Notes under the pieces: generated by a model
The model's input: only the letters and a program-made list of their open reading frames with translations
The model's database searches: none
Told to the model about the DNA's origin: nothing
Assembly: GCA_049472335.1 (NCBI GenBank)
Contig: JBLIRO010000055.1
Span: 1-33,632, forward strand
Source of the DNA: a bacterium
GTDB taxonomy: Bacteria > SZUA-182 > DTGQ01 > JAFGSM01
Reading direction: 5' to 3'
Length of the DNA: 33,632 bases
Shown: positions 9,473 to 18,398 of the stretch, in pieces
Layout of the letters: each line of letters begins with the position of its first letter
Numbering within the stretch: position 1 is the first letter of the stretch
Program-made: the position numbers and the translations under genes

Positions 9473-11605
9473 TTATCTGACATAAAGCCTTTCTAAAGTG
9501 CTCCAGCCTCCCAGGTTTTTGCTTGCCGGCCTTTTGGGTAAAAAGGATGGCTTTGCAGTTTTTTGTTGCTCATTTTTTATATGTTCATCCAGTTTCCTGG
9601 AAATTGATGCAATCTCTTTTGTGATCCTGTCTATTCGGGTTTCGTTCTTTTTTTGAGAGTTAGTGAGAAAAAGGGTATCCGGATTCTGCTGTATGGCCTG
9701 ATGCTGAATAACATTATGAGGGGCATTTACACAAACCCTGGATTTTGTTGTCTTGCCCTGATGCAGGATGTCTGATAAGCCTTTCATCTTTTCCTCAGGG
9801 TATTGAGGGATTTCCCTCTTTTTAGGGTTAAATGGATTCGTGTCTTGTTTATTAAACATGTCTTGTTTATTAAACGTGTTTTGTTTATTAGATGTGTCTT
9901 GCTTGTTTACCGTATCTTGTTTATTAACCGTTAGTGAAATGGTATGTCTTTTGGGTCCTTCAGGTGAAGGGGGCTTTTCTTCCAATGATGGAGAGTCAGG
10001 ACCCTGGGTATACAGATACTCAGGCCTTGGGTTATCTGATACTTTCTGTGGTTTTGATTCTTCTGGTTGTAAATCATCTACAATAAATTGCAAACCGGAT
10101 TTTAAAGGCTGTATTCTTTTATATGGCTGCAATTCTTCTGATTTTAAATTTTCTGGTATAAATTGTGTCTCAGGATTTTGGGTATGCTTTTTTTCTTGTT
10201 TCATTATGGGAATGGGGCCTTTGTTGAAAAGTTCTGTACTATTAAAGATTTCCACACCTTGAGTATTCTTTCTTTCTATATCTTGTTCTTTGTTTATATG
10301 AATCCCCTGAATGTCTTTAAGATCTTTTATGTTCGACATCTCTGATACGTTTGAGTCCTGCAATGGTGAGGTTTCGGTTTCCAAATGGGCCATGCAGGCA
10401 TCCGGGAGTTGGGAACAGGTTTGCCTTTTTTGAATATGCTGTTTTGTTTTATCCTTAATAAGTTTTTGTTCTTTGTTTATATGAATTTCCTGGATGCCTT
10501 TAAGATCTTTTATGTTCGACATCTCTGATACGTTTGAGTCCTGTAATGGTGAGGTTTCGGTTTCCAATCGGGTCATGCAGGCATTCGGGAGTTGGGAACA
10601 GGTTTGCCTTTTTTGAATATGCTGTTTTGTTTTATCCTTAATAAGCTCTTGTTCTTTGTTTATATGAATTTCCTGGATGTCTTTAAGATTTTTGATATTC
10701 GACATCTCTGATACGTTTGAGTCCTGTAATGGTGAGGTTTCGGTTTCCAAATGGGCAATGCAGGCATTCGGGAGTTGGGAACAGGTTTGCCTTCTTTGAA
10801 TATGCTGTTTTGCTTTATTCTTAATAAGCTCTTGTTCTTTGTTTATATGAATCTCCTGGATGCCTTTAAGATCTTTTTTGTTCGATATCCCTGATACGTT
10901 TGAGTCTTGCAATGGTGAGGTTTCGGTTTCCAAGCGGGTCATGAAGGCATCCGGTGGTTGGGAACAGGTTTGCCTTTTTGGGGTGCTTTGTTTTGTTTCA
11001 TTCTCAATAAACTCTATATTGGGGATTCTTTTATTTTCTATGGCTGATGTTTTTTTTACATCGGGTCTTTGGCTGTCAAATCCATTTGAGATAGTATATG
11101 CCTTAGTATTTATTTTGTCTTTATTTCCTTTGTATTCTTCGATTTCTACATTTTTGCCTTCCGCCTTTTCTGTCCTTTTTGTTCCAAAGTCTTTTATATT
11201 TAAGTCATTCAAATCAGTTATAGCCTGTAGATTATTCTCATGGGATTTTTGAAGGGGCAAAGGGATATCTTTTATATCAGCTTCCGGATAAGAGGCTGCC
11301 CGGAAGATATCTTTGTGGATATTTGTCTTTGGAGGCTGCACAGATCGCTCTAAGTCTGATGACTGATGAGCTTCCTGTCCCTCCCGGCCCATGTTTTCAA
11401 ATCCGGGATCATACAGGTTATCGATCTCATAGATATCATTGATGTCTTCCCGGGAGATTGTGGGAAAATGGAGCCGGTTATGGATGGGCTGTTGAATTGG
11501 GACATCTGGGGGAAAATAATTTTTAGCTGTTTTATTATCCATCTGATCGGAATATACTTTTCCCACTCCGGCATAGAGTATTTTTTTAAGATAATCGTTT
11601 TCCAT
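9473..11605 (-). CDS. Low-complexity eCIS-associated protein with internal tandem repeats
   Basis: 710-aa ORF tightly packed in the operon; Q/K/E/N-rich; 61-aa and 6-aa repeats. Confidence 0.75.
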   Translation of the reverse strand: MENDYLKKILYAGVGKVYSDQMDNKTAKNYFPPDVPIQQPIHNRLHFPTISREDINDIYEIDNLYDPGFENMGREGQEAHQSSDLERSVQPPKTNIHKDIFRAASYPEADIKDIPLPLQKSHENNLQAITDLNDLNIKDFGTKRTEKAEGKNVEIEEYKGNKDKINTKAYTISNGFDSQRPDVKKTSAIENKRIPNIEFIENETKQSTPKRQTCSQPPDAFMTRLETETSPLQDSNVSGISNKKDLKGIQEIHINKEQELIKNKAKQHIQRRQTCSQLPNACIAHLETETSPLQDSNVSEMSNIKNLKDIQEIHINKEQELIKDKTKQHIQKRQTCSQLPNACMTRLETETSPLQDSNVSEMSNIKDLKGIQEIHINKEQKLIKDKTKQHIQKRQTCSQLPDACMAHLETETSPLQDSNVSEMSNIKDLKDIQGIHINKEQDIERKNTQGVEIFNSTELFNKGPIPIMKQEKKHTQNPETQFIPENLKSEELQPYKRIQPLKSGLQFIVDDLQPEESKPQKVSDNPRPEYLYTQGPDSPSLEEKPPSPEGPKRHTISLTVNKQDTVNKQDTSNKQNTFNKQDMFNKQDTNPFNPKKREIPQYPEEKMKGLSDILHQGKTTKSRVCVNAPHNVIQHQAIQQNPDTLFLTNSQKKNETRIDRITKEIASISRKLDEHIKNEQQKTAKPSFLPKRPASKNLGGWSTLERLYVR
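9840..9929. repeat. 18-bp tandem repeat x5 (encodes NKQDT[V/S/F]-like units)
   Basis: Five consecutive gtgtcttgtttattaaac-like units. Confidence 0.9.
10281..10980. repeat. 183-bp (61-aa) tandem repeat, about 3.8 copies
   Basis: ttgttctttgtttatatgaat recurs every 183 bp; encodes RQTCSQLP.AC...LETETSPLQDSNVS..S..KDLK.IQ.IHINKEQ. Confidence 0.95.
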
Positions 11606-11607
11606 TT

Positions 11608-12525
11608 CTATTCCTTTTTGTTTATTTCAATTTGCTCAGCTAGCAATTCCAGATATTTTCTCCTCTTCCTGGTTGTCATTGACAGGATCTCGGACTCCGG
11701 CCATTTGTAATAAAAGGCGAGAGAATGGACTTCCCGGTAGAGTTGATCCAGCTTTGCCTTCATCTCGTCAAGAAAGTATTGCGACATATTGAAGGGGAAC
11801 GGGAAGGTCCTTTTACATTCCGGGCATGTGGCTTCCATGTCAAGGTCGATTTGGGGTGCCAGGTCCGACATGGCCTTCTCAATCCTCCTTCGGATGGATG
11901 AGGGTAGCTTCTTAATCCGGTGTTCATCAATATTGTTGTCCCCGTCAATTCCCTGGATGCACCGCATAAGGAGCTTGTTTACTGCTTCGGATTCGTCTTT
12001 TAATATGAGTGGCGCCAGGGCCTCCTGATCACCACCATTCGGGAGGCGAAAATCTACTTTATACTGCCCTTCTGTTCCGGTTTTTTTGCCTTTTGCTCTG
12101 TTAGGGAGCTTCAGCGTGAAAACCCGGGATGAGATCCTGCCCTTTTTTATTGGGATATGACTGAGATCAAAGTCCATATCGATTTTTTTTGCGCATTGGG
12201 GGTTTGGACATACCAATGTGGCTTCTACCCTATTGCCAATGGTGATTTGACGAAGCTTCATGAGGAGATAGTCCCTGTCGCCAACAAGCAGGTTTCTAGG
12301 TATTTCGGGTGTGATATCGGTAATGGGGCCTATTTGCTCAATGCAGTTCACCAACAGTGTTGTAATAGCTGATGCAAGGATTTCTGAATCAGATGCCTCC
12401 GCCAGCAATTCTTCCACCCTTCCTGTAAGTGCACGGAGTTTCACCTCGTGAAAGCAGCTTCCATTGTTGAAAAAGCCGCCCGGGAGTGTAAAAGTCCTTT
12501 CTAATACATTCTCTGCCATTGTCAT
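11608..12525 (-). CDS. eCIS tail/baseplate-hub assembly chaperone-like protein
   Basis: LRALTGRVEE, LLVGDRDYLL.KLRQ.T.G, CPNPQC and CPEC motifs, FRLPNGGDQE, C-terminal EVHSLAFYYKW.ESEIL.M..RKRR.Y; follows the tube gene. Confidence 0.72.
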   Translation of the reverse strand: MTMAENVLERTFTLPGGFFNNGSCFHEVKLRALTGRVEELLAEASDSEILASAITTLLVNCIEQIGPITDITPEIPRNLLVGDRDYLLMKLRQITIGNRVEATLVCPNPQCAKKIDMDFDLSHIPIKKGRISSRVFTLKLPNRAKGKKTGTEGQYKVDFRLPNGGDQEALAPLILKDESEAVNKLLMRCIQGIDGDNNIDEHRIKKLPSSIRRRIEKAMSDLAPQIDLDMEATCPECKRTFPFPFNMSQYFLDEMKAKLDQLYREVHSLAFYYKWPESEILSMTTRKRRKYLELLAEQIEINKKE

Positions 12526-12552
12526 TGTGTCAGGTTGAGGAGGTTATGGGTC

Positions 12553-13059
12553 CTATTTCTCCGTTGGCTCGGGAACCTCGGCATCCCTTTCCCATCCCTC
12601 ATTTTCCAGTTTGAGCGTCTGTATGGCCACAGCGTTTCCGGATGCATCCAATTCGGGAAGGGCCTGGAATTCCGAGACCCAACAGCGATAAACCTTATAT
12701 GAAAAGACCCTGCCCCCGGCGAGATTAAATACATCTATGGTGATATCTTTTCTGAAGTTCTTCAGAGACATGGCAGCGTCACCATTGAAGTTATTCACAA
12801 GATTCGCCCAGTCTTCGAATTCCGTATGATGGGTAAGGCCGGCCTCCAGGGTGACGGCCTCATAGGTCGTTTTTCCCGGCAATGCCCGGCTTGTGCTTGG
12901 ATCTCCGCCTTCCCGCCAGTCCACCTTTTCAGTCGTCTTTTTCAGGGCGCCGCATTTGCTCAGGCCTGCAACATAATCGGTACTCCCGGCAAATTTGACC
13001 TTGAACTTGAAATTCCGGTAAGGATCAAAGCGGTGCGTATTAACTGAGAATTTTGCCAT
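12553..13059 (-). CDS. Contractile tail tube protein (T4 gp19-like; Afp1/5)
   Basis: RFDPYRNFKFKV, WREGGD, PGKTTYEAVTLEAG, RCWVSEFQALPELDA, IQTLKLENEGWERD. Confidence 0.95.
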   Translation of the reverse strand: MAKFSVNTHRFDPYRNFKFKVKFAGSTDYVAGLSKCGALKKTTEKVDWREGGDPSTSRALPGKTTYEAVTLEAGLTHHTEFEDWANLVNNFNGDAAMSLKNFRKDITIDVFNLAGGRVFSYKVYRCWVSEFQALPELDASGNAVAIQTLKLENEGWERDAEVPEPTEK

Positions 13060-13083
13060 GGTTCTATCTCCTTTTTAATATTT

Positions 13084-15765
13084 TCATGTAACGGATTGTC
13101 CTGCCTTCTGGCTGATTTTGAGGATAACGAACTCTGCGGGTTTTAGCGGAGCAAAGCCCACCAATATATTGACAATCCCCAGGTTGATGTCGTCTTGGGT
13201 TGTCGTCTCTTTGTCGCATTTGACAAAGAATGCCTCGGATGGCGTAGAGCCTTGAAATGCCCCTTTCCGGAACAGGTTCATCATGAAAGAACGGATGTTC
13301 AGCCGGAGCTGGTCCCACAGCGGCTCATCGTTAGGCTCAAAGACTGCCCATTTTATGCCGCGGAAAAGACTTTCTTCGATAAAGAGGGCTATCCGCCTTA
13401 TCGGGATATATTTCCATTCTGATGCCATCTGATCAGCACCATCCAGGGTGCGGGCCCCCCAGCATACGTTGCCGTAAACCGTAAGGTTGCGTATGCAGTT
13501 AATACCTAATGGATTGAGTGTGCCGTTCTGTTTGTCCGTGAGGGTGTAATCGAGCCCCTGGACATTTACCAGGGATGCCTCTGTCCCGGCAGGGGCCTTC
13601 CATACCCCCCTTGTGCTATCGGTGCGTGCATATAATCCCGCTATTGTTCCGCTTGGGCCAAATGTCCTAAGCCTGAATTCATTCATCGGGTCTGCAAATC
13701 GGATTCTGGGGAAGTATAGGGCCGAGTTTTTATGGCGGAGTGTGGCATTTTCCTCCAGCCAGTCTTTGATCCCCTGGACATCATTAATATTATTTGGGGG
13801 GTCGATAATAAAGAAGGCCCTTCTGGTTCCACAGTAGGTATTTGCTGCAGCCATGACTGAAAAAGCCTCGGTCGGTTCTAGCAAATCTGACCCTGATACA
13901 ATGGCAGTGCGGGGAATGCAGAGGATATTGAACAGATCTACGTCCTCCAGGGCATAGATACCTGTCTTGCTGTTCAGGTCACCGATTAAGGCTTTGGCAT
14001 CAGGCGGGGAGCCGTTCTGTCCGGCTTGACCTGCTCCTTGAGCAGTATCCGGGATTGAATCATTTTCACCTAATTTGTACTCCTGCAGATTTGCAGTAGC
14101 ATGTTCGGAATCCAGCTTTAGCTCGGTCACGGTTGTGGTATCATCTTCTGCTGCAGCAAATGAAACCGCATTACTGGTGTTTCCGGCTGCCACAAGAAGC
14201 AGTTTTTCCCGGTCATTGCTATACTTGGCTACGATTGCCTTCTTGAAAGCATTGCTGGGATTTTCTTCCTGAGGTACTGAACGGATTGCATCCTCCAGTC
14301 TTGTTCTGGTCAAAGTCAAAGTATTTGGCCTTGATGTAAATGTGACTATATGGAATTCATTGCCGATAGTGACTTTCACGGATGGTAACGGAGCTTTTAA
14401 TGTTGGAAAAGGTGTAAGATTACCCGAGATCGTAAAAATCCGTACCGGTGCATCTTTGAATTTCAGTTGTTCAATTGTTGTTGTGTCTGTTTCTGGTACT
14501 GCTCCGAATGAGATATTGACATTATCATCGACACCTGCTATTACAATTAGCTGTTTTTTATTTTCATCTTCATATTCAGCCACGCGTACAAGTTTGAAGG
14601 CAGGATTTTCTTCTTCGGAAGGTACAGGGGGAAGGGCTGAATGGATTGCTTTCTCCAGTGCTTCTCTTAGCGAAGACAACGAATCGTGCACTTTTGCCAA
14701 TGTCACTGTCCGTGTTTCAGTCCCAATAGTGACATTCATAGCTGGTGTGTCAGATTCTAAAGAAACTCCCTGTGAAAGATTCGAAAGATCTCCTGAAATT
14801 ATGCCCTTACGACGGGTATATGCTGGTGGCCCAAGTTTTAACTGTTCTACTGTTGGATCTTCTGTTTGATCGAATATTACGCGTGAATCGGTCCTTGTGG
14901 GCCCGGCAAGAATTCGAAGTCGTTTTTGGAGGCTCCCTTTGGAAGGGATTTGAATTTCGACCTTGGCCTCTGCAAAGGCCGGGTTTTCCGGTTTGCTTGA
15001 GCGGATGGCTGATTCAAGCAAAGACCGGGCCTCTGAAGGATTAATCGGTTTTCTATCCAGAGTAACTGTTTCACTCTTTTCTGTACCAATTGTTACTTCA
15101 ACTTTTGGGTGTTCAGATTCAGAAGTGATTGTAAGGGGATCTGGAAGAATGCCTGAAACTGTCCCATTTTGTAAAGGTAAATTTGTACCAATGGGCGCGT
15201 TCTCTTGTACCCGGATTAATTTAGAGCCTGATGTGTCATCATTGATAACCGTTTTTACATACCTTTGATGAGTATTGTTCATCGATAGTTTTAGAAACAT
15301 CTCGGACCTAACTACATTGGCACCGTCATCACTGTATTCAGAGACGGTCAGGTTGAATAAGTTTTCAGGCTCAGAGGTATTATGGTCAATACTCACCCGC
15401 AGGTTGTTTCCCCAGGTCCCATCGCTTATTGCTTCTAAGGTTAGTACATCGCTCCCGTTGATTCCGTCCTTTATTGTTACCTCCGCTTTTCTTGAATTGC
15501 CTCTTGCTGTGCGGACAACCCATGCTTCTTGCCCGCCGTTGAGAAAGAATTGCTGGATGGCATAGCCGGCCTCACTTCGAGAGTCCAGTCCGCCAAATAC
15601 CCGCTCAAAGTCTCCCATATTAAAGATTTGAACCGCTTTGTTCATGGGGCCTTTTTTGAAATATCCTATAAAGGCTGCTACTGAAGTGCTTACACCTGTT
15701 ATAGTGCGCACCCCGCTTGGTACCTCTTCGATATACACACCAGGATAGGTTGGTGTCACAGGCAT
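13084..15765 (-). CDS. Contractile tail sheath protein (Afp2/3/4-like) with a large central insertion
   Basis: TYPGVYIEEVPSG N-terminus; RGVWKAPAG, LNPLGINCIR, WGARTL, WAVFEPND, AFFVKCD and GFAPLKPAEFV C-terminal motifs. Confidence 0.96.
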   Translation of the reverse strand: MPVTPTYPGVYIEEVPSGVRTITGVSTSVAAFIGYFKKGPMNKAVQIFNMGDFERVFGGLDSRSEAGYAIQQFFLNGGQEAWVVRTARGNSRKAEVTIKDGINGSDVLTLEAISDGTWGNNLRVSIDHNTSEPENLFNLTVSEYSDDGANVVRSEMFLKLSMNNTHQRYVKTVINDDTSGSKLIRVQENAPIGTNLPLQNGTVSGILPDPLTITSESEHPKVEVTIGTEKSETVTLDRKPINPSEARSLLESAIRSSKPENPAFAEAKVEIQIPSKGSLQKRLRILAGPTRTDSRVIFDQTEDPTVEQLKLGPPAYTRRKGIISGDLSNLSQGVSLESDTPAMNVTIGTETRTVTLAKVHDSLSSLREALEKAIHSALPPVPSEEENPAFKLVRVAEYEDENKKQLIVIAGVDDNVNISFGAVPETDTTTIEQLKFKDAPVRIFTISGNLTPFPTLKAPLPSVKVTIGNEFHIVTFTSRPNTLTLTRTRLEDAIRSVPQEENPSNAFKKAIVAKYSNDREKLLLVAAGNTSNAVSFAAAEDDTTTVTELKLDSEHATANLQEYKLGENDSIPDTAQGAGQAGQNGSPPDAKALIGDLNSKTGIYALEDVDLFNILCIPRTAIVSGSDLLEPTEAFSVMAAANTYCGTRRAFFIIDPPNNINDVQGIKDWLEENATLRHKNSALYFPRIRFADPMNEFRLRTFGPSGTIAGLYARTDSTRGVWKAPAGTEASLVNVQGLDYTLTDKQNGTLNPLGINCIRNLTVYGNVCWGARTLDGADQMASEWKYIPIRRIALFIEESLFRGIKWAVFEPNDEPLWDQLRLNIRSFMMNLFRKGAFQGSTPSEAFFVKCDKETTTQDDINLGIVNILVGFAPLKPAEFVILKISQKAGQSVT

Positions 15766-15860
15766 TGGAAATCCTCCTTTTTTAATATTTTTAAATCAAT
15801 AAGAGTTATTTATATATTGTATATTGTAGATTAAGCGATTCGGGATTTAATTTACGCTTC

Positions 15861-16124
15861 TTACTCTTCCTCTTCTCTTTTTATTGAACCATATATTTGT
15901 TCATATTGCTCAATGCACTCCTGGAGCATTTTTAAGAGATCTTTTGCATATGCTGGGCTGGTGATGATCCTGGTGTGAGTCCTGGCTTCTTGATTTTCCG
16001 TATATAGCTGGCTGAAGTCGATCAAAAATTCGAAGGCGTTGTAGCCGACATTGAAGTAATTGGCATAATGCCCTTCTAACTGTTTTGTTCCTTTTGAAGA
16101 ATCATTTGAACGGTTCTTAGACAA
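15861..16124 (-). CDS. DUF3467-like small protein
   Basis: G.YANYFNV..NAFEFLIDF.Q...RIITSP.YAK.L..ML...IEQYE..YG.I pattern; start codon uncertain (TTG). Confidence 0.75.
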   Translation of the reverse strand: MSKNRSNDSSKGTKQLEGHYANYFNVGYNAFEFLIDFSQLYTENQEARTHTRIITSPAYAKDLLKMLQECIEQYEQIYGSIKREEEE

Positions 16125-16182
16125 TTGAACATTCCGTGAGTTTGTAATTCACACCCAAAAAATATTTACTCTTATCAGATAG

Positions 16183-16199
16183 AGCAAGATGATTGCCAA
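16183..16199 (-). promoter_or_regulatory. Sigma-54 (-24/-12) promoter for the eCIS operon
   Basis: Minus strand reads TTGGCAATCATCTTGCT: GG-N10-GC with TGGCA and TTGCT consensus, about 60 bp before the first operon gene and next to a sigma-54 activator gene. Confidence 0.85.
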
Positions 16200-16293
16200 T
16201 TTATTTCTATAATGATTTTTTGGGTGGGAATAAGATAAGATAAGGTTCTGCATGAAATATGAAGAATTGTCCCATGAAGCATTATTCAAAAAG

Positions 16294-16525
16294 TGTCACA
16301 TAATGCGATACATTATTATGTAACATTCAAAAAAATAAAAAATCGGAAAAAGAAGGGTGCATTTTTAATCAACCCAAATTAGAAATGATGTCACGAAATA
16401 GAAATGGTTTAAGTGAAATTCAGTGAAAAGGGTTGAAAGGGAATCGATTGGTAAAAATATAAAATCAGGTATAAAAGGATCTTGTTTGTCACACTGTTTT
16501 GTCACAGGCAGCAGGTAATGTGACA
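16294..16525. promoter_or_regulatory. Candidate enhancer (UAS) half-sites TGTCACA/TGTGACA
   Basis: TGTCACA at 16294, 16487 and 16500; TGTCACG at 16389; TGTAACA at 16319; TGTGACA at 16519. All lie about 95-330 bp upstream of the sigma-54 promoter. Confidence 0.55.
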
Positions 16526-17889
16526 TTGTGTTTTTTGATTTTAGAGTTGACCGGCTTGGGTGCAATTATGTTATATTTCGCCATCTTCCTGTAGAGAGTC
16601 ATTCGGGACCACCGGAGCTTCCTGGCACTTTTGCGCTTGTTCCATTTCATATCCAAAAGGGTATAGAGCAGTCGGTCCTTTTCATTTCCAGGGTACAAGC
16701 CCATTTCTTTAATCTGCTTCTGAAAGATTTTGGGCAGCTCCATGAAGGAGATCTTTCGGGAAGGAAGGTTAATAAAAGTGGCCTCTAAAATATTTTTAAG
16801 CTCACGGATATTTCCGGGCCAGTCATAATTGAGCAGGATTGCCAAAGCCTCTTCAGTGAAGCCTTCTGCTTCACGGTTGAAACGTTGATTCAATTTCTGA
16901 ATATAATAATTGATCAATGCAAGAATATCATCTTTCCGCTCGCGTAAAGGAGGCATGTGAACACGGGCGACATTTAGGCGATAGTATAGATCATTCCTGA
17001 ACTTGCCTTCTATCATCATTTGCTCCGGATTTTTATTTGTTGCGGCAATAACCCTGACATCCAAAGGAATGCCCATTCTCCCCCCTATCCTGAAAACCTC
17101 TTTTCTTTCGATGGCCCTCAGGATTTTCGCCTGGGCGAAATGATCCATATCCCCAATCTCATCCAGTAAGATGGTCCCACCGTTTGCCAATTCGAATTTC
17201 CCCTGCTTTAAGGTTACGGCACCTGTGAATGCCCCTCGTTCATATCCGAACAGCTCGCTTTCCAATAGGCTGTCCGGAAAGGATGCACAATTTATACAGA
17301 CAAGCGGCCTTTTGCGCTTGAGGCTGTTCTGATGAATCATCTCTGCCGCCAATTCCTTGCCTGTGCCTGTTTCTCCTGTTATAAGAACATTGGTGTCTGT
17401 AAGTGCAATTTTGAGAAGATATTCCTTGATTTCTCTAATTGGCTTGCTATCGCCTATCATATGATTTGTGTTGTCAGGATTGGGAATCCCCTTTTTTTTA
17501 TTTGAAGAGGATGGTTCTAAAAGGGCAGACAGGTTTCGATTGATGCTTGATGTTAGCTCATTGAATGAAAAAGGATCTTTGAAATAATCAGTCACTCCTG
17601 CCCTGAAAGCGGCTATTACTCTATCCTCAGAGCTCTTGCTTGTAATAAAGATGATTGGAATCTTCCTGTCCTGTCTACGGATATATTCCGTTAGCTTTAG
17701 TCCGTCACATGAATTATTAAGGGAAGAACCAATGATGACTAAGTCTGGCAGGGTAAATTCCAAGGACTGAATAGCACTTGTCATGTCAAACGCCTTTATA
17801 ATATTGAAACCTTGACTGCTTAATTGTTTTTTCAAGTTTTGATGAAGAATCTCATCCCTTTCTGCTACTAAGATTGACGTGTTAATCAT
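16489..17889 (-). CDS. Sigma-54-dependent enhancer-binding protein (NtrC-like REC-AAA-HTH) with atypical receiver
   Basis: [36 protein letters not shown] and a Fis-type HTH (SRMTLYRKM); receiver reads DLVIIG where the phospho-Asp is expected. Confidence 0.93.
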   Translation of the reverse strand: MINTSILVAERDEILHQNLKKQLSSQGFNIIKAFDMTSAIQSLEFTLPDLVIIGSSLNNSCDGLKLTEYIRRQDRKIPIIFITSKSSEDRVIAAFRAGVTDYFKDPFSFNELTSSINRNLSALLEPSSSNKKKGIPNPDNTNHMIGDSKPIREIKEYLLKIALTDTNVLITGETGTGKELAAEMIHQNSLKRKRPLVCINCASFPDSLLESELFGYERGAFTGAVTLKQGKFELANGGTILLDEIGDMDHFAQAKILRAIERKEVFRIGGRMGIPLDVRVIAATNKNPEQMMIEGKFRNDLYYRLNVARVHMPPLRERKDDILALINYYIQKLNQRFNREAEGFTEEALAILLNYDWPGNIRELKNILEATFINLPSRKISFMELPKIFQKQIKEMGLYPGNEKDRLLYTLLDMKWNKRKSARKLRWSRMTLYRKMAKYNIIAPKPVNSKIKKHNVTLPAACDKTV

Positions 17890-18398
17890 CCTTTCCGTCC
17901 CCCTTAGATATTTGTTAAAAACTATTTTTGATAATTATGATTATTATTGATCTCACGCATTAATTTCAGAGAAATATTTAACACGTGAGTGAAACCTTCT
18001 TTAAAGTCCCTTGTTAATATTGAATTTGAAAACTGAGCGATCCGGAAGATACGGAAGTACTAAAAGATCCGGATTTTTAACATCTGCAGTATGTGGAGTG
18101 TGAGAGGGGGTTTCGATATTCTGTCTCTTTATTCTCAATTAGTTTGGGTGAAATTTTATTAAACTTGTTATTTTAAAAGAACCTTCACTGAAGTTGAATA
18201 TTTGGGTATCTGATGCAGTTTTTATATTTATTAATTATAGCATGAAAATCAAAAATGAAAAGTATAAAAGAGATTTCTTTTTTTTTATCAATGGAACCAG
18301 GCAAAGATTCCGATAAATTTTTAGGGTCTGTTCTTGGTATTAAAGGGAAAATCTATAGATATATCAATAAATAAGGAATATTTTGGGGATATTCTTTT

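Noticed and set aside
9840..10980. CRISPR array
   Set aside because: Repeats are contiguous, in frame and lack unique spacers; no cas genes.
11608..15765. Prophage tail or T6SS
   Set aside because: No capsid, portal, terminase, integrase or TssJLM/ClpV genes in the window; Afp15-like ATPase, Pvc16-like and DUF4157 genes point to eCIS.
16365..16565. 66-aa ORF after the activator
   Set aside because: Overlaps the activator end and the enhancer region; no recognisable motif.
17900..18390. Riboswitch or ncRNA in the divergent intergenic region
   Set aside because: Small hairpins exist (about 18040-18075 and 18296-18340) but I recognise no family consensus.
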